Part shown: positions 26,403 to 39,907 of the stretch, piece by piece | How positions within the stretch are numbered: the stretch's first letter is position 1 | Layout of the letters: the number at the start of each line of letters is the position of its first letter | Source: Kudoa neothunni | Taxonomy: Eukaryota; Animalia; Cnidaria | Reading direction: 5' to 3' | Assembly (NCBI GenBank): GCA_964304625.1 | Contig: OZ199840.1 | Location: 4,254,490 to 4,318,489 of the forward strand | DNA length: 64,000 nucleotides | The notes under the pieces: model-generated | What the model saw: only the letters and a program-made list of their open reading frames with translations | The model's database searches: none | What the model was told of the DNA's origin: nothing | Translations under genes and position numbers: made by a program

Positions 26403-29400
26403 ATGAGCAGCAGTAATCAATTGCCATTTAGTCGCCATGCTAATCTCTATATCGCAATTCCTTTTCTAGAAGGAATCATACCTAATTTACGCCCTGATCC
26501 CAAGAAAAGTCCATTGAATCGTGAAAAGATCGCTCAACTAAAATACGAAGCTCAGGAGCGTCGACAAATTGAAGCTGTCAATTCATTCGGTTCGAACAAG
26601 TTGATCAACCCTTGTCAGCAACAGCAGCAGCAGCAGCAACTACTACATAATGTCAACTCAACCACCACTCCTACTTATTCCACTTTTCCTAGCAGATCTT
26701 TATCCAAATCTGCGTTCCCATTGATGGATGACACTATAAGTAAGTGTGGTTGGCTCACATCACTCATTTTTGAACTTATCCAATCCAAATAGGTCACAGT
26801 CTTAGTGAGACAACTCCTACTCCTCCATCTGATTTGACGCTTATCAATCTAGCCAAAAAAGTATTTCCTCTTTTGCACTTTCATTGGTAGTTGTTCTCAT
26901 TGTGGTGTTTTTCGGTAGACACCGACATTGGAAAGTTTTGCCAATTTTAAATCGAAGGTTCTCGAAAAAAAGCATGATCAACTGGATTATTATCCTTGTT
27001 TGGGGTTGGAAATGTATCCCGCGAGTGTCACCTACAAAACTAGAGCCAACGCCTTGAAATCTTGGTCTCAGACTCCCGGCGCGCCAAATCCTAATATATT
27101 ACCTAGCTCCAATTCAACCTCGGAGTCAAACAATAAATCTCTCTCGCCAACCTCTCACAATTTACCGACTGAGGCACTATTGTCGTCAGCAGTGACTGTC
27201 AATGAGAATTTATCGCAGAATAATGCCGTTGTTACTGTTGGCACGTATTTATTTGTGTTTCTTAACTCCATTGAATTTAATCCATGTTTCCTTGGTTTAA
27301 ACGACAATCCTTGGATAATTGTATATCTTTTACAATAACAATATTAATTAATGGCTTAATTTTCAATAACAATAATTATCTTTCACATTGTGGGGGGTAA
27401 TTTCAAATTCCAGCCCTCTTTATTTTAGCCTTTATTGCTTTTTATTGAATTAAACAATTCGGATTGATTGCCAATCTTAAAATACATCTCTTTTTGGCTG
27501 ATTAATTAATTCATATTTATAAATTCTATGCATCGTAGTTAATTGGATAATTAACTAACATTGTGATTTTAATTACGCTCTCAATAGTTACTGCCTTTAT
27601 TCATTTTTATTTTATTATAAATCAATGTTTTAATGACTTGAAGCTTTTATAAAAATTTGTTTATCCAAAGTTTTCATGTGTACATGTCATATCGTCATTT
27701 CAGTCCCCAACAATGCCGTTTACCCAGTGCATTAATGTTTTGCGTTAATAATTAATAATCAGGGTTATTAATTATTCACGCAGAATCATTTTTCATCAAT
27801 TATATCAATAATATAATTTAAATGGTTATTTTGATTCATTTAATTAACTAATTAGTTGGCATGGTAATTTTTAGTCCGTTGACAATAACTAATACCGTAT
27901 GTCACGCTTTGAAAATTTAAATAAATATTCGAACAAGTTGAAACGCATTGGCGGTGTATTCTAATCCATTAATGATATACTTGCGCACTCGTTAGTCAAT
28001 TTTAATCAAATAACTCCTGTGCCTTGTTGAAGCGCGACTTCCATTATATATTCCGTTGTATGGTTGTCATGTTGACTACACTAGCTTTTGTTATAGATGA
28101 GATTAGATGCCAATATCTTACGGACAGTTGATTGATTGTTTAATTGTTTTAACGGCAAAATTTAATCCAAAACTGCCATGTCTAATATGCATTATCTTAT
28201 TAACAATGCTAATGACTTGGTTATTTATGAAGAACGTTCATTGCGCATTTCCTTAAATCCCTCTCATTTCGTCGTAATATCAAGCGCACTTATTTGATTT
28301 TTCCCATTAAAAAACAACTTCGTGCTACGTCAAACATGAACCTGCCTAATATGTGTCATGTTATAGCCTTACTTCGCCAACTAGCCACACTTTTTTTAAT
28401 GACGCAACATTTAAATCTTATTAGAGGTAAAGTATATGTGATTAAATATGAATGTACGCGATATGACGGTGTGTTGTTTGATCTCTGCTGTGTGTGGTCA
28501 CATTAACAGTTAGTCTCTAATCGCGCTTATAATTTGAACTGATAAGAGAGATAGTTCTCCGTTTGGGGAGAACAACCATAAGATTATTTTTTGATGTGAT
28601 AAACGCTAGTTGATGTATTAACGCAGTTGATTCCACATCTCCGGTCCATTAATTTACTTTTTTCCAATTCTTTACCATAGCCGAAAGATGTTTTCGTTTT
28701 AATGGAATGTGGTATTCGTGGACGTTTTGTGTTTCTCCAATTTTTACTGTCATTCCACTACCACTAATACTATTACTACCACTCTCGTTAATACTATTAG
28801 TTTGTTTACTACTCATTACTGGTGTGGTTGTTGTAACCTCATGGGTCGGCACAAACCTTTCGCTGTCAAGTTTGTAGTTTTTTTTTGACATAACGTCGTT
28901 GTCTTGGATACATGTTTAAGAAAATAAATTTGTTATGCTAGATCAGGCAATGACCTAAATTACTAATTTTAGAAATGACAAACGCACGATAAGTTGTATC
29001 GATGACGACAGCAATCCTCTCTCGAATGCGAATTTTAGCATTTCCTCAACACATTTAGATCAGTTTGCCTTGGCTGAAAAGTATTTTTGCCGAGTTTGAG
29101 TTAAGTGTGTTGATCTGGAATTTAGAAGTCTTAATTTGGTTCGACCTCAAGATGCTACATGTTTGACCGATAGCAATTCGCACTCGTCATCCCTAAGCAA
29201 CCCGGCGCATGTAGCACCCGCCACAAATATTCTCAACGAGACATTCGTCAATGGTATTACGGGAGTGGGTTTCAACAATGCCATCTCACCTACGGGAGGC
29301 CCATCAGGCCCTACTAACAGTTGTATCAATAATAATCAACTGTCTCATTTGAACGCGATCAGTCAAGAACAAAAAACGGATACTGTTAAATCTAATTCGT

Positions 29401-32400
29401 CGCCGATATCACCAGGATCATCGGTTTTAGCACCACCGAGCGATAAAGCAATAATTGAACAAAATCCACAAAATTCAGACAAAAACATCTCCGAATCTTT
29501 GTCCCATCGTCGTAACTGCGAAATCGCATCGAACAAGGACGCCGCAAGAGATTCTTTTAAAACTGAATCTTCCATTTATTCAACCCACCTGATAGAAAGT
29601 GATAGTAAACTAAAACCAAATCTTAGTGATAACGATCCTTTGTCCTCAGCGAGATCTGATCAAATCGGTATCAACCACACCAAAGATAACCCACCTCAAT
29701 TAAATATGGACGAATTGGTTGGAATAAATACTCCCGTAAATGATCAGGATTTGGAAGTATCTTTCAATTTTTTTGATGGCGAACCTGTCGAGCGAGACAT
29801 TGTTATTCCTCATTTATCCTCCAGTCTTGCTGTTGATAACAAAATGGTGGTTGGTTCTAATTTGGGCGGTGATAGCCAATCTTTTGTAACTACATCAAAT
29901 AACGCACCTCCAATACCTCAAAATAATCATCCCATTGGCCTGACCAATGCGAAGCCCCATGATTCCACCAGCAATTTATTGAATGACTGTTTCTCCATGG
30001 TAATGGGGAATAACTCACCATCTTTTTCAAATGCTAATCCTCCATTACACCAAAACGAAGTTGTATCGGCGCCCAATGTTGCCATCAATGCTCAAACTCA
30101 ACCTGGTAATATCAGAGGCAGAGCTGGATCAGCTTCAACTAGAACTAGACGTACCGGTTCAGCTAAAGTTAACGCTAAACGTTCGCAACCTACCACAGGC
30201 CGGCAAACTAGAAATTCCTCGCGAGCAACAGCAAATATCCAGCAGCAGCAGCAACAACAACAACCAATGATAATGGTTAATGCGATACATAACGACTACT
30301 CGGCTCCTTCAGTTCCTAACAATTACTCAAATATCCCTTCAAGTCAACCTGCTGCTGCTGCTTCCGCAGCTGCAGCGATTCCTCAACAGCACCATCAACA
30401 AGAGGTTGTTGTCAACGATGGAAACAATATGAATCAAAATATGTACCATTCGTATGTGTATAATCGACTGCTCCAACAATACCCGTTGGATGGTGAGTCA
30501 CTACAACGATTGATAGCTCAAGGAGTGTTACCGGATCAAATGCTTCATCCAACATCTACCACAACACCAAACAATCATATGCCCTCTGCGTTGCAACCAA
30601 ATAACAACAATGGCAATGGCAACGGCAATAGTAATAGCAATAATATGAACGACAGTGCAATTAGCTTATCCTCTAACAACAACAATAACACATTAGCCAA
30701 CCGGATCGCTCTCTTATTCAGAGACGATATTCAAGGTCAATTCATCTGCTTGAACAATGGTGTCAGTATCCCATTAACACCCGATAACTACCAACTTTAT
30801 TGCTATTTGAAACAATTGGTTTTTGTTATAATTAGCAAGAATAATAGTGGCTCGTTGCGAGTTTCAGAAATTCGTCGTCTTATCGAGGTTCTTCAAGCCC
30901 AATTGAGTGTTCCTGATATTGCAATTGATGGTCACAAAATGGCCATCTATCATCATATCCTGTGTTTGTTGACCAACTACTGTGACACTTGCGATAATCA
31001 GAATTGGTCTTCGATTCCTTCCGCTGGAAATAACAACAATATGACTAGTAGCAACGTTACTAATAACAATGGTGCTGGTAATTTATCTATGGTCAATTCT
31101 ATGGATATGAATCCAAACTTAGTTCATCCCAACATCAATATTCCATCTAATATGGCTGGAGTTAGAGTTCCTTTTTCTTATATGGATGCTAATTCACATT
31201 CCTCTGTTAATAATGCTAATAATTCGAACATTGCAAACACTGCAGGTGGGGTTGGGAATGTAGTTACAACCTCCGATGGTTTGGTTTACAGCGAACCCCA
31301 ACGTCCGCAACCTACTAACGTCAATCAGCAATTCTACAGTAATGGACCATCGGGTAACCAAGTACTCACACGTCAACCACCTTCGTATCTGCTCACCAAC
31401 TCTAATAACAATAACAATCAACTTAATGGCCCCAATGTTAACAATTTTTCCTCAATTGTCAATCGTGAGCAATCTATAGCTGCTACAACAGCTACTACAC
31501 AAAATATGTACAGTTCCAATCCCAATCTTATGCCAAACCACATGATTCGACTTAATCAAACAGGATTGAATGTTGCTGGTGGTCGACCAACCACTCTCAT
31601 GCCTAACAATATGGTTCCACAGAACAGTGGTGGGACAAACCCTATTATGACAAACAATAGCAACATTAACAATCTATCATCTGAGTCGTACAGTCATATT
31701 CAACAGATTGCTCAATTTGCCAGACGGCAACAACATCTGCAACAACAGCAACAAATGTTAAATAACGGTGGCATGCTTATCCAAAAACAACCGTTTAATC
31801 AACGTGTACTCAATCTTCCAAATAATTCAGGCATTTCTGCGTTGAATTTCAATAGCCCAGTTACCGGCGCCAATGGTCCCATGCCTACTACTATGGGACA
31901 ACCAAACGTACAAAATGTTCAAGTTGCTCAAAATTCCAGACGTTCTGATATGGATTTGAATGAATATTCCTCATCGCATGGCAATAATCTATCCATAAAC
32001 ACCGCTCACAGTGGTCTTCCATCGAACGTTAACAGCAGTAATATTGCTTGTGGAAGTGGAGATATGTATTATAATCGTGAGAACAATCAACGTGTAATTA
32101 ATGTGAATGAAATGTATCATAATTATACGGCTGCAGCAGTAACAAATGCAGTCGATCAACAACAAAATAACCGCTCTTTTATAAATCAAAATCACCCAGT
32201 CAATCAACAGTACCATTTAAATCCTGTGACCGTTAATTCCAACAAAGATATAATGGATTTATCAGATAATGTCAATTCAGCTAAAACCGGTAATAAAATA
32301 TATGTATTACCCAGTGGATCCATGTCAAATAACCAAAACTCAACGTATGCATTGAATTCGATGTATGCGAATCAATCAAACAATCCCACACAAATGCAAT

Positions 32401-33164
32401 TTTCTACTCCTAAAAATACTCTTATAATCCCTAACCATGGTTTTTTATTAAACAATCCATCTGGTAGTGGCATACCAGTATCTATAGACAACACAACAAA
32501 CAATAATGGTGGAACCAATAATAGCAATGATGTGTATTTTACTCGAGAAATGAATCAAGATGTTGAAACAGAATTGAGAAATCGTATAAATGCAAAACGT
32601 TTCCAAAATACATCCAGTGGTAATGTTGGTGTTATTGTACCTGAAATGTCTCTTACTGTTCCTCAAAATTCGAACAACTATGTTGTGCAACAAAATATGC
32701 GTCAAATTCCTCCTAATCTACCACAAAATCCTACCCAATCAAATGTCTTCAACAATGCTCAATTTATGTTGCAATCATCTCTAACTTCGAACAATTTTGA
32801 TAATAATTTTTCCAATCCTATCAATCATAATGCAGCGGTTAACAGTGGCAATATCAACAGCAATCCTGTTGATAATTATGGCAATGATAGTGGTCAAAAC
32901 AACCAATCTGGCAATGCTTTTCCTATTTTTGTTGGACCCGCACCATCGCAACAGTATGAGCAGGGTGGAATTCAGATACCATCGGACGCTTGGCATAATC
33001 TTCATCATCAATATGAATTTGAAACTATGAAACGACTGCAAAAAAATGATATTGCTAACGACGGCTACATCAAGAATCTATCGAATTCGAAGAAAAGGCT
33101 AGAAAATTTTGTAAATCATTCAAATGCTTCTTTTTTTGATAGCTCAGCCAATTTTCCTCAGTAG
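26403..33164 (+). CDS. Large N/Q/S-rich low-complexity protein (~1650 aa), function unknown; possible transcriptional co-regulator
   Basis: Five exons splice in phase with GT-AG: 26403-26739, 26793-26860, 26919-27245, 28973-29080, 29126-33164. The final exon is a 4-kb open frame with polyQ/polyN tracts. Probable 5' UTR intron 26045-26364. Confidence 0.85.
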
Positions 33165-33463
33165 CTTATTAATTCTACTAACAATTTTCTTGATAAAATT
33201 TTTGTTGATATTTTTAATTGTCTGGCTATTTAATTGCGTATTGTTTATGATTTTTATTTTAGAATGCTTTTATACCCTCGAATTCGTTCCATGTACCTTA
33301 AATATGCATCCTTAGTAAGCAGAATCTATTTTTAATATTTAGGATTCTGCTTAATTTTATATCGCATATGAAAGTTGGATTGTTTGAAGCTCCTTTAGAT
33401 AAGGTAAATTTTACGGTTAATTGTTGCTCAAAAGGGTTAGTGAATTTACTCTATACTCTAACA

Positions 33464-34346
33464 CAGGGGTGGGTGTGTATACGATACGCGGTTATGTTTT
33501 CCCCATCATTGAAAAATAACAACAAAATTTACATAAAATTCATTCATATTTGTTAGCTTATGTTTAATTATTTTTTATAATAGTTTAAAGGTCCAACTAA
33601 TATTGATTAACGTGAATACATTGTTTCTATATTTTTGTATTTTTCGGTTTAATAACTATTTGCGTGAAATTTACAATTAGAAGCGCTAATAATTATTAAA
33701 TTACGTGAAGAATATTTGGATTATTTGAAGGGTTAGCGCATAATATGAATCGACAGTAAATATGCGCTGCAGGGACAAACTAAACAAGCTAAATAATAAA
33801 AAAACTGTTAAAATGAGATTTATTTTTCGTTGGAGCATGTGCTTCATAAAAACAGATTAGTCTTACATGAAGCAATAAAATTTGGCCATTATGAATTATC
33901 TAATTTGATAAGCTGTACAAAAAGTCACTGAATAATGAGTCGTTCAGTTTTAAGCATTTTTCATAGAAAAAATCTGAATAAATTCGAAATATTTCCTGTA
34001 TCTTTTTATTATAGTCGTATACTTAATTTAATCGATTATTCATTTAATTGAGTCGTGTCGCATTTTAATTATGTTGATTACAGTGGGTTCTGCAAAGCGA
34101 AAAATTTTCATCGACTGCTGTTTTTCAGTCAAGCAGTTTTTGAAGTGTACTTTTATTGATATTGGACCAAAAGCTATTTGTCTTATTTGACACCATTAGT
34201 CTACAATATTCAAAAAATATTTAAATTTTAGTTAAATAGCAGTTTAGATTAATTAAACATTAAATGGTTTTTTTAAATTGTATTTCAGAAAATATATTTT
34301 CTTCATAATTATCCGGCCCTCGTCGAAATATAATCGCCCATCCCTG
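33464..34346. mobile_element. Non-autonomous hAT element
   Basis: TIR CAGGGGTGGGTG / CAGGGATGGGCG (rc). Degenerate 8-bp TSD CTCTAACA / CTCTATTC. Subterminal CCGGCCCTCG. Confidence 0.6.
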
Positions 34347-36087
34347 CTCTATTCTATTAGGTCTAAATCCACATATCGATAGATGTTAGTATCATTGAGT
34401 TATCCTAATTCCCTTTGTAACTGAATCAGTTATCAATTATTGTTGCTACGTAGATGGATAAGTTTCTTGGTTTCCTTCATTTGATAACTATCCAACTACT
34501 TTTAATATCATCCAAAACTAATGATGTATGTATTGATGGTGGATTGATTTCTGGAGGTTGTAATGCTGTCTTTAGTGCATTCAATCGCATGACAATTTAG
34601 TTGAATGTGAAAGTCATATATGGTGAATTGAACAATCCTGATTTTTTGTGATTTTAAATATGATACATTCTTTTAGTTCTTTAATAGCATACGTTGTGAA
34701 AAACACTAGAGTGCCAGTTCTGGAATCATTTTATAACTATTTTTTGCTGAAAGCTCATAGTATTGTCAAGAAACAAATTTGCGAATACAAAATCATTATA
34801 TACAAAGCTGCTAATAAAACCGACGATATCAGTTGTAACGAGTAGATTTTTTTTCAATAAAACGAGTGTGTATTGTGTTTTTGATATTTAATTTTGTAGT
34901 GATTTAATTTCTTATACTAAATATAACTGTGATGTCGTTTCTCAAGAGTGGAATCAAGCTAATTATTTTAGAACAAACATTAAAGGTATTTTTAGTTTAA
35001 TTTATCTAGCTATCTAATTGTTATTATCTATTTATGTCCAGATCAACTTAATTTCATAAACTATTTCCTGCCAGATTTGGAAGTCACCTCTTCTCTTATT
35101 TCCATTTCCTACTGTTTTTATGTTCTTATACTGATGGCCACTTTCATAAAAAAGACATGAGGAACTATTTATCTTCGTTGTGCTTATTTTTCATTATGTT
35201 CCTATTCAAAAATAAACCCATCCTTTTTGTTATATATTGTTTCTATTTGAGTGATTATTTTTATTGTGATGGTTTTTTGCGGAGCAGCCTTCGCGTGAAG
35301 TTAACCCTTGTTTCGAGAGTAAATTGTTCTCGCCAAAAAACAAGACTGCACACAAATTGAACTTCAGTCGGCGTCATTAACGCTCCGACACCTAGGAACG
35401 GCTTTAATCTACGTATACCCAAATCGAGCTCTTTTTGCATAATTCAATACGCAATACTGGAATAAGGGATTCATTAAGACCAAATATTTTTATTTCATGT
35501 TTTTAATTCAGACAGGAATTTTAATCTATTCTAAAAATATTTCTGTGAAGATTAAACAAGTTCACTATTAATTTTAGTGTTATTTACGTTTATGTTCAAT
35601 TTTATGCGTTTTTAAGATAATAAAGATACAATAAAATTTTAATTTTTTCAAACCTAACAATAATTCTCGATGGTAAGGTTTTTTCGTATAATGTGGCTTT
35701 TTTAAAGTCGGTGAATGGATAAAATACAACGAGATTTTAGACTGGCGAAAAAAAAATCTAGTATTGTCGAAAAATGCAAGACAATAAATTTTGTGAATCT
35801 TGAATGACATAGATAATAAAAGTGCACAAACCATTAAGAAATTTACCCTTTGAGATACAGTAGGTGACGGTCGTGGACACTAAAATGGGAATTGGGTCCA
35901 AAATGTCCCCGAGCCATCATAGCGCATGCGAACAAACCAAATTTTTAATGTGGAAGCTTGCAATTTAGTCTTTCTTATTTATCACTATGTTTGCATTTTT
36001 AATCAAAAGTATATTAATAAAAACAATTTTTTTATAACAATGATGTAAAAGTTAATCACAATTAATCTAGTCGATCCTTAACTTTAA

Positions 36088-36582
36088 TTTTTTTGGTTTT
36101 TTGATTTTTTTGTTTACAGGGTCAAACCCCTTGCACAACCTGTTAGGTTATAGAGTTTGGGCTGGTTAGGCCTTCTCTATTTACGCTTTAGCTACCGCAG
36201 CGTCATATTAAGATGACTTACGTTTATGCGATAGTGTGGGACTTTAAACTCACTAAACATCCTCGTTTCGGAGTAACCATACCCTGGACTAACTCAAAAT
36301 TAGTCTGGGAAAGTCGTCAGAATGTGGGCGTCGGCTTTACGGAAACCCCCTACTGAGTTTTATTTCGTTCCTGTACCCCGGCGTTTATGAGCGTCCGAGT
36401 TGTACCCTTCCGCTAGGCTCTCCTCCCAGCTGCGAACAAGACCACGATAAATCGTAGATCCTTGCGATTACTACAGCCTACTTACTTAATTTCGGATTAG
36501 GAGTACAGGAAAGCCCGGATTAGACATCGAACTTGCAACCTCACGGTATGCGATCTCAATCCCTACCTAACACCACTATGTC
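36088..36582 (-). mobile_element. tRNA-derived SINE (~495 bp)
   Basis: GC-rich island. Minus-strand 5' end GACATAGTGGTGTTAGGTAGG...GAGGTTGCAAGTTCGATGTC has Pol III A-box/B-box spacing. The 3' end is an A-rich tail (T-rich 36088-36115 on +). Confidence 0.7.
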
Positions 36583-37480
36583 ATATTGATCAGGTCCAGT
36601 ATCCATTAAGTAACCGAAAATACACACTTTCATCAATACGACATATTCAAAGGTTATATTAGATTTTACGTTTCACAATATTTTGATGATTTTAAAAAGA
36701 TAAAAGTCTTCAAATATTTTTAAATTAAATTAGGTAATTACGAATCTGTTATATCACACGACTAAAAGTACACACTTTTTTCGGCCAAACCACGTAGAAT
36801 TTATTTTGGTTGGAAACTAAGTTAAAATTTAAATCATAACAGTTGAATTTTTGAATTATTATTAGAAATAATTGAAAATTAATCCAAAATGTATCTAAAA
36901 GCGCAATAATAGTCGTCATTAGATATTTTACAGTATACGCTGTATCCAAATTATATAGTACAGTGATTTTTGTTAAATTTTTAGAGTCAAAATATCGAAT
37001 ATTTTTTTTTTCATATGAGACAAAAAATAAACAAGAAATAAAATAATATTTATAATTTCATAGAACTGACTGTAGTCGTGACCTATTTTTCGCACTTTTA
37101 TGCGCGCACTCCAAGGGGAAAATTAGTTCGGCCCTACGAATTTATACAACGATATTATTCTACAATCATTTTACTTAATTTATATTATTAAATAATATAT
37201 TACATTCAATTTACAGTACAACTAAGGACCCTTATGAACCAACCTAAATTATAGGATGTGTGGCATGTATCCTAAGGAAAAAAGAATTCTCGTCAATACG
37301 TTTACAATAATTATTATCAATATGACTATATCTATTAAAATTAGAATTATTGCAATATTATAATTCTCGTATTTCTCTTGACGTAAAATAACTTCAATCG
37401 TTACACGCAATACCACGATAAAACGGTCAGTAACCGTTAGTAAAAGATTTGTACTCATGCGGAAGTGCGAATTACCTTAA

Positions 37481-38732
37481 CCTTCTAAAGTCGCTAAAAA
37501 AACAATCTTCGGGGGTCAATTTGACCCCAAATTATTATTTGATAAACTAATTCTAAAAATTGTTACCTATTCAATTTTCTTTTATTTTCGATTTCTATCG
37601 ACTAGTTTTTCAATAAAACAATGTGAAATATAACACTTAATCCAGTTGAATCTTCTACGTCATTATTCGTAAGCTGTTAGGGAATGATCGTAAAATGTAA
37701 GCCACCGTTTAATAGCTGATTTATTGTTTAAAATAATAATTTGGATTATTTTTGATGGAAAAATATTTTTATTTCAATTTTCTATAAACAATAATTTAAT
37801 ACATAACCGAAAATAACAATTATTGTTTATTTTCACGTAGATCGTAATACTTCTTCAGTTTGATTTTTTATCCTAATCTAGCGCGAAATCCCGCCTTTGT
37901 CAAATTACACAAATATTTTGAGTTGAAGAATCCCTTTAAAAATCATTTTAAAAATGCATTTATACTCTTAGTTGATCTATCGAATGGACGAAACTAAAAT
38001 ATTTTTAAAGGAAATCGAACAAGTTCACTATCAACCCACCTCTCATGGGTCGGAATCTACAGAAAGGGAAAATTGTCCAAGCAAAATCACTCCATCTAAG
38101 GACCTAGACCAATAGTTTCCGAATAGCCAAAAGGACGTTGATGTGAATATTGTCCTCGAGGAACCGATAAAAAGACTCAAATCACATGCTCATATTGCAA
38201 TAAAAACACTATTGTTCAGTTCATTCATCGAAGATATGTAAGAATTGTTCAAATAGTAGATAATTCTGAGCGAATTTGTAAAAATTATAATTTTTATTCG
38301 CATGAGGAATATAAAGTCTTCAATTTATCAGCTAAAACAACGTACGTGAAGTATCATTTTTCGTACGATTATTTGCGAACAGGATCCGAGAATATTAATA
38401 AGGTATTAACACAGATTAAAAGATATATTAATCATCATTTTGCCAAAGGATGAGTCGATAGAATTAAAAAAACATCACTTCTTTACTTTTTAAAAATTTT
38501 TTATAATATAATTATAAAATAAAAACTTGGAATCAATTTTACCCCCAAAATTCGAATAATATAAAAATTATTTTCATATTATTATTATCATTTTCTCTAA
38601 TTTTATTATTATATACTGTACAAAAATTTAGGAAAATAGATAAAAAAATAGATAACTTTAAAGAATGCACAAATAGTAATGTTGGTTTTAATTATAATTT
38701 TATGTCAAATTGACCCTAAAATCTTCGGAGGG
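37481..38732. mobile_element. Non-autonomous piggyBac-type element
   Basis: TTAA on both sides (37477-37480, 38733-38736). Termini CCTTCTAAAG / CCCTCCGAAG (rc). Palindromic subterminal GGGGTCAATTTGACCCC with asymmetric spacers. Confidence 0.75.
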
Positions 38733-39182
38733 TTAAAGTAACACGTAAGGTTATCTAAGATAATAAAATTTTGTTATTAAAAAACAGTTGTAAAGAGAAA
38801 ATATACTTACATTATACAAATTTTCCTTCCAACTAAAGGAAAATTATTTTTACCGCATGCTCATCAGATCAAAAATAAGACTAAATGTGCGAAAAATCTG
38901 TTAACTATTTAACTTGCCAAAATTAATCCCAACGAATAAGGATATAAACATTTTATCACAAACTATGGTTAAAACCAAAAATTACAAATTTTTTCCAGCC
39001 AAATCATAATAATAATAATAATGTATTTTTAATTATCTAAATGTATAAATAAGTTGTATTACTCAGTCTGGGGGATAAAGAAAACACAAACAAAAATAGT
39101 CGCGCACGCAGTTTAACTGCGTACTACCGGTTACCTACAGTACAACTTAGTGATTAGGAGTTTCTGAAATTAAAAGTTGTAG

Positions 39183-39820
39183 TGCGCATGCATCTTTGTG
39201 GATTAAAATTTATCATTAAAATAGCCTCAGCCTTCATATATAAATTTTCATAAATCTTCATAAATAATTTCTATAATAACAATATTCATTTTTCCTCTTT
39301 TGTCTGTATCCAAACATATTAATTAGTGATTATTCATTTCCTTCAACATATTGTTCTCTATATTAAAATTTCATACTTTAATATCATAAACATATTTATG
39401 ATAATTATTTATCACAACTTCTCCAAGTTTTCGAATTAACAGAATAAATTAATTGGCGATAAAAAATAATGCTTTACATCAACAGTCAATCAATCAACCA
39501 AACAACTATATATCAATAGATGTGAAATTTTAAAACCAATTGTAATATTTTTTTTATTTTGAATAAAGTTTATAAATTTAAATGTTATATTCCCTAAAAA
39601 TGAATCCTCAAGTTAATTAAACTGTCTAATCCTAGAGACGAGCAAGCATGCGCAACATTGAATTGTATCTTTTTGTCACAGACGTATTGTTTTTTAGCTC
39701 AACAAATTATAACCAATATTAAAAGCTCGATTATGTAATAAAAGGGCCAATTATATGATAATATCTATAATCAGAATTAGGTTGGAATATTGATTTTACG
39801 ATATTTACAGGCGCATGCAC
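39183..39820. promoter_or_regulatory. Cluster of GCGCATGC (NRF1/Ewg-like) motifs upstream of the aspartyl-tRNA synthetase gene
   Basis: TGCGCATGCA 39183, GCATGCGCA 39646, GCGCATGCA 39811; also GCATGCGCG 40592 in intron 4. Background is very AT-rich. Confidence 0.4.
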
Positions 39821-39907
39821 TTACTAAACACGTTGCGTGTATTATTGTCAGCCTCTCGCAAAGTTAGATTGTTTGAGTATCGCTTGCCAGTGAATAGAAT
39901 AATCACG

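Noticed and set aside
26403-26600. Mastermind-like N-terminal helix in the N/Q-rich protein
   Set aside because: Only vague echoes (RH, YEA..R..E). Prolines interrupt the expected helix and the RLRRRIE-type core is absent, so no gene symbol was assigned.
29147-33315. Many short ORFs overlapping the 1342-aa frame
   Set aside because: Shadow or antisense frames of a low-complexity exon.
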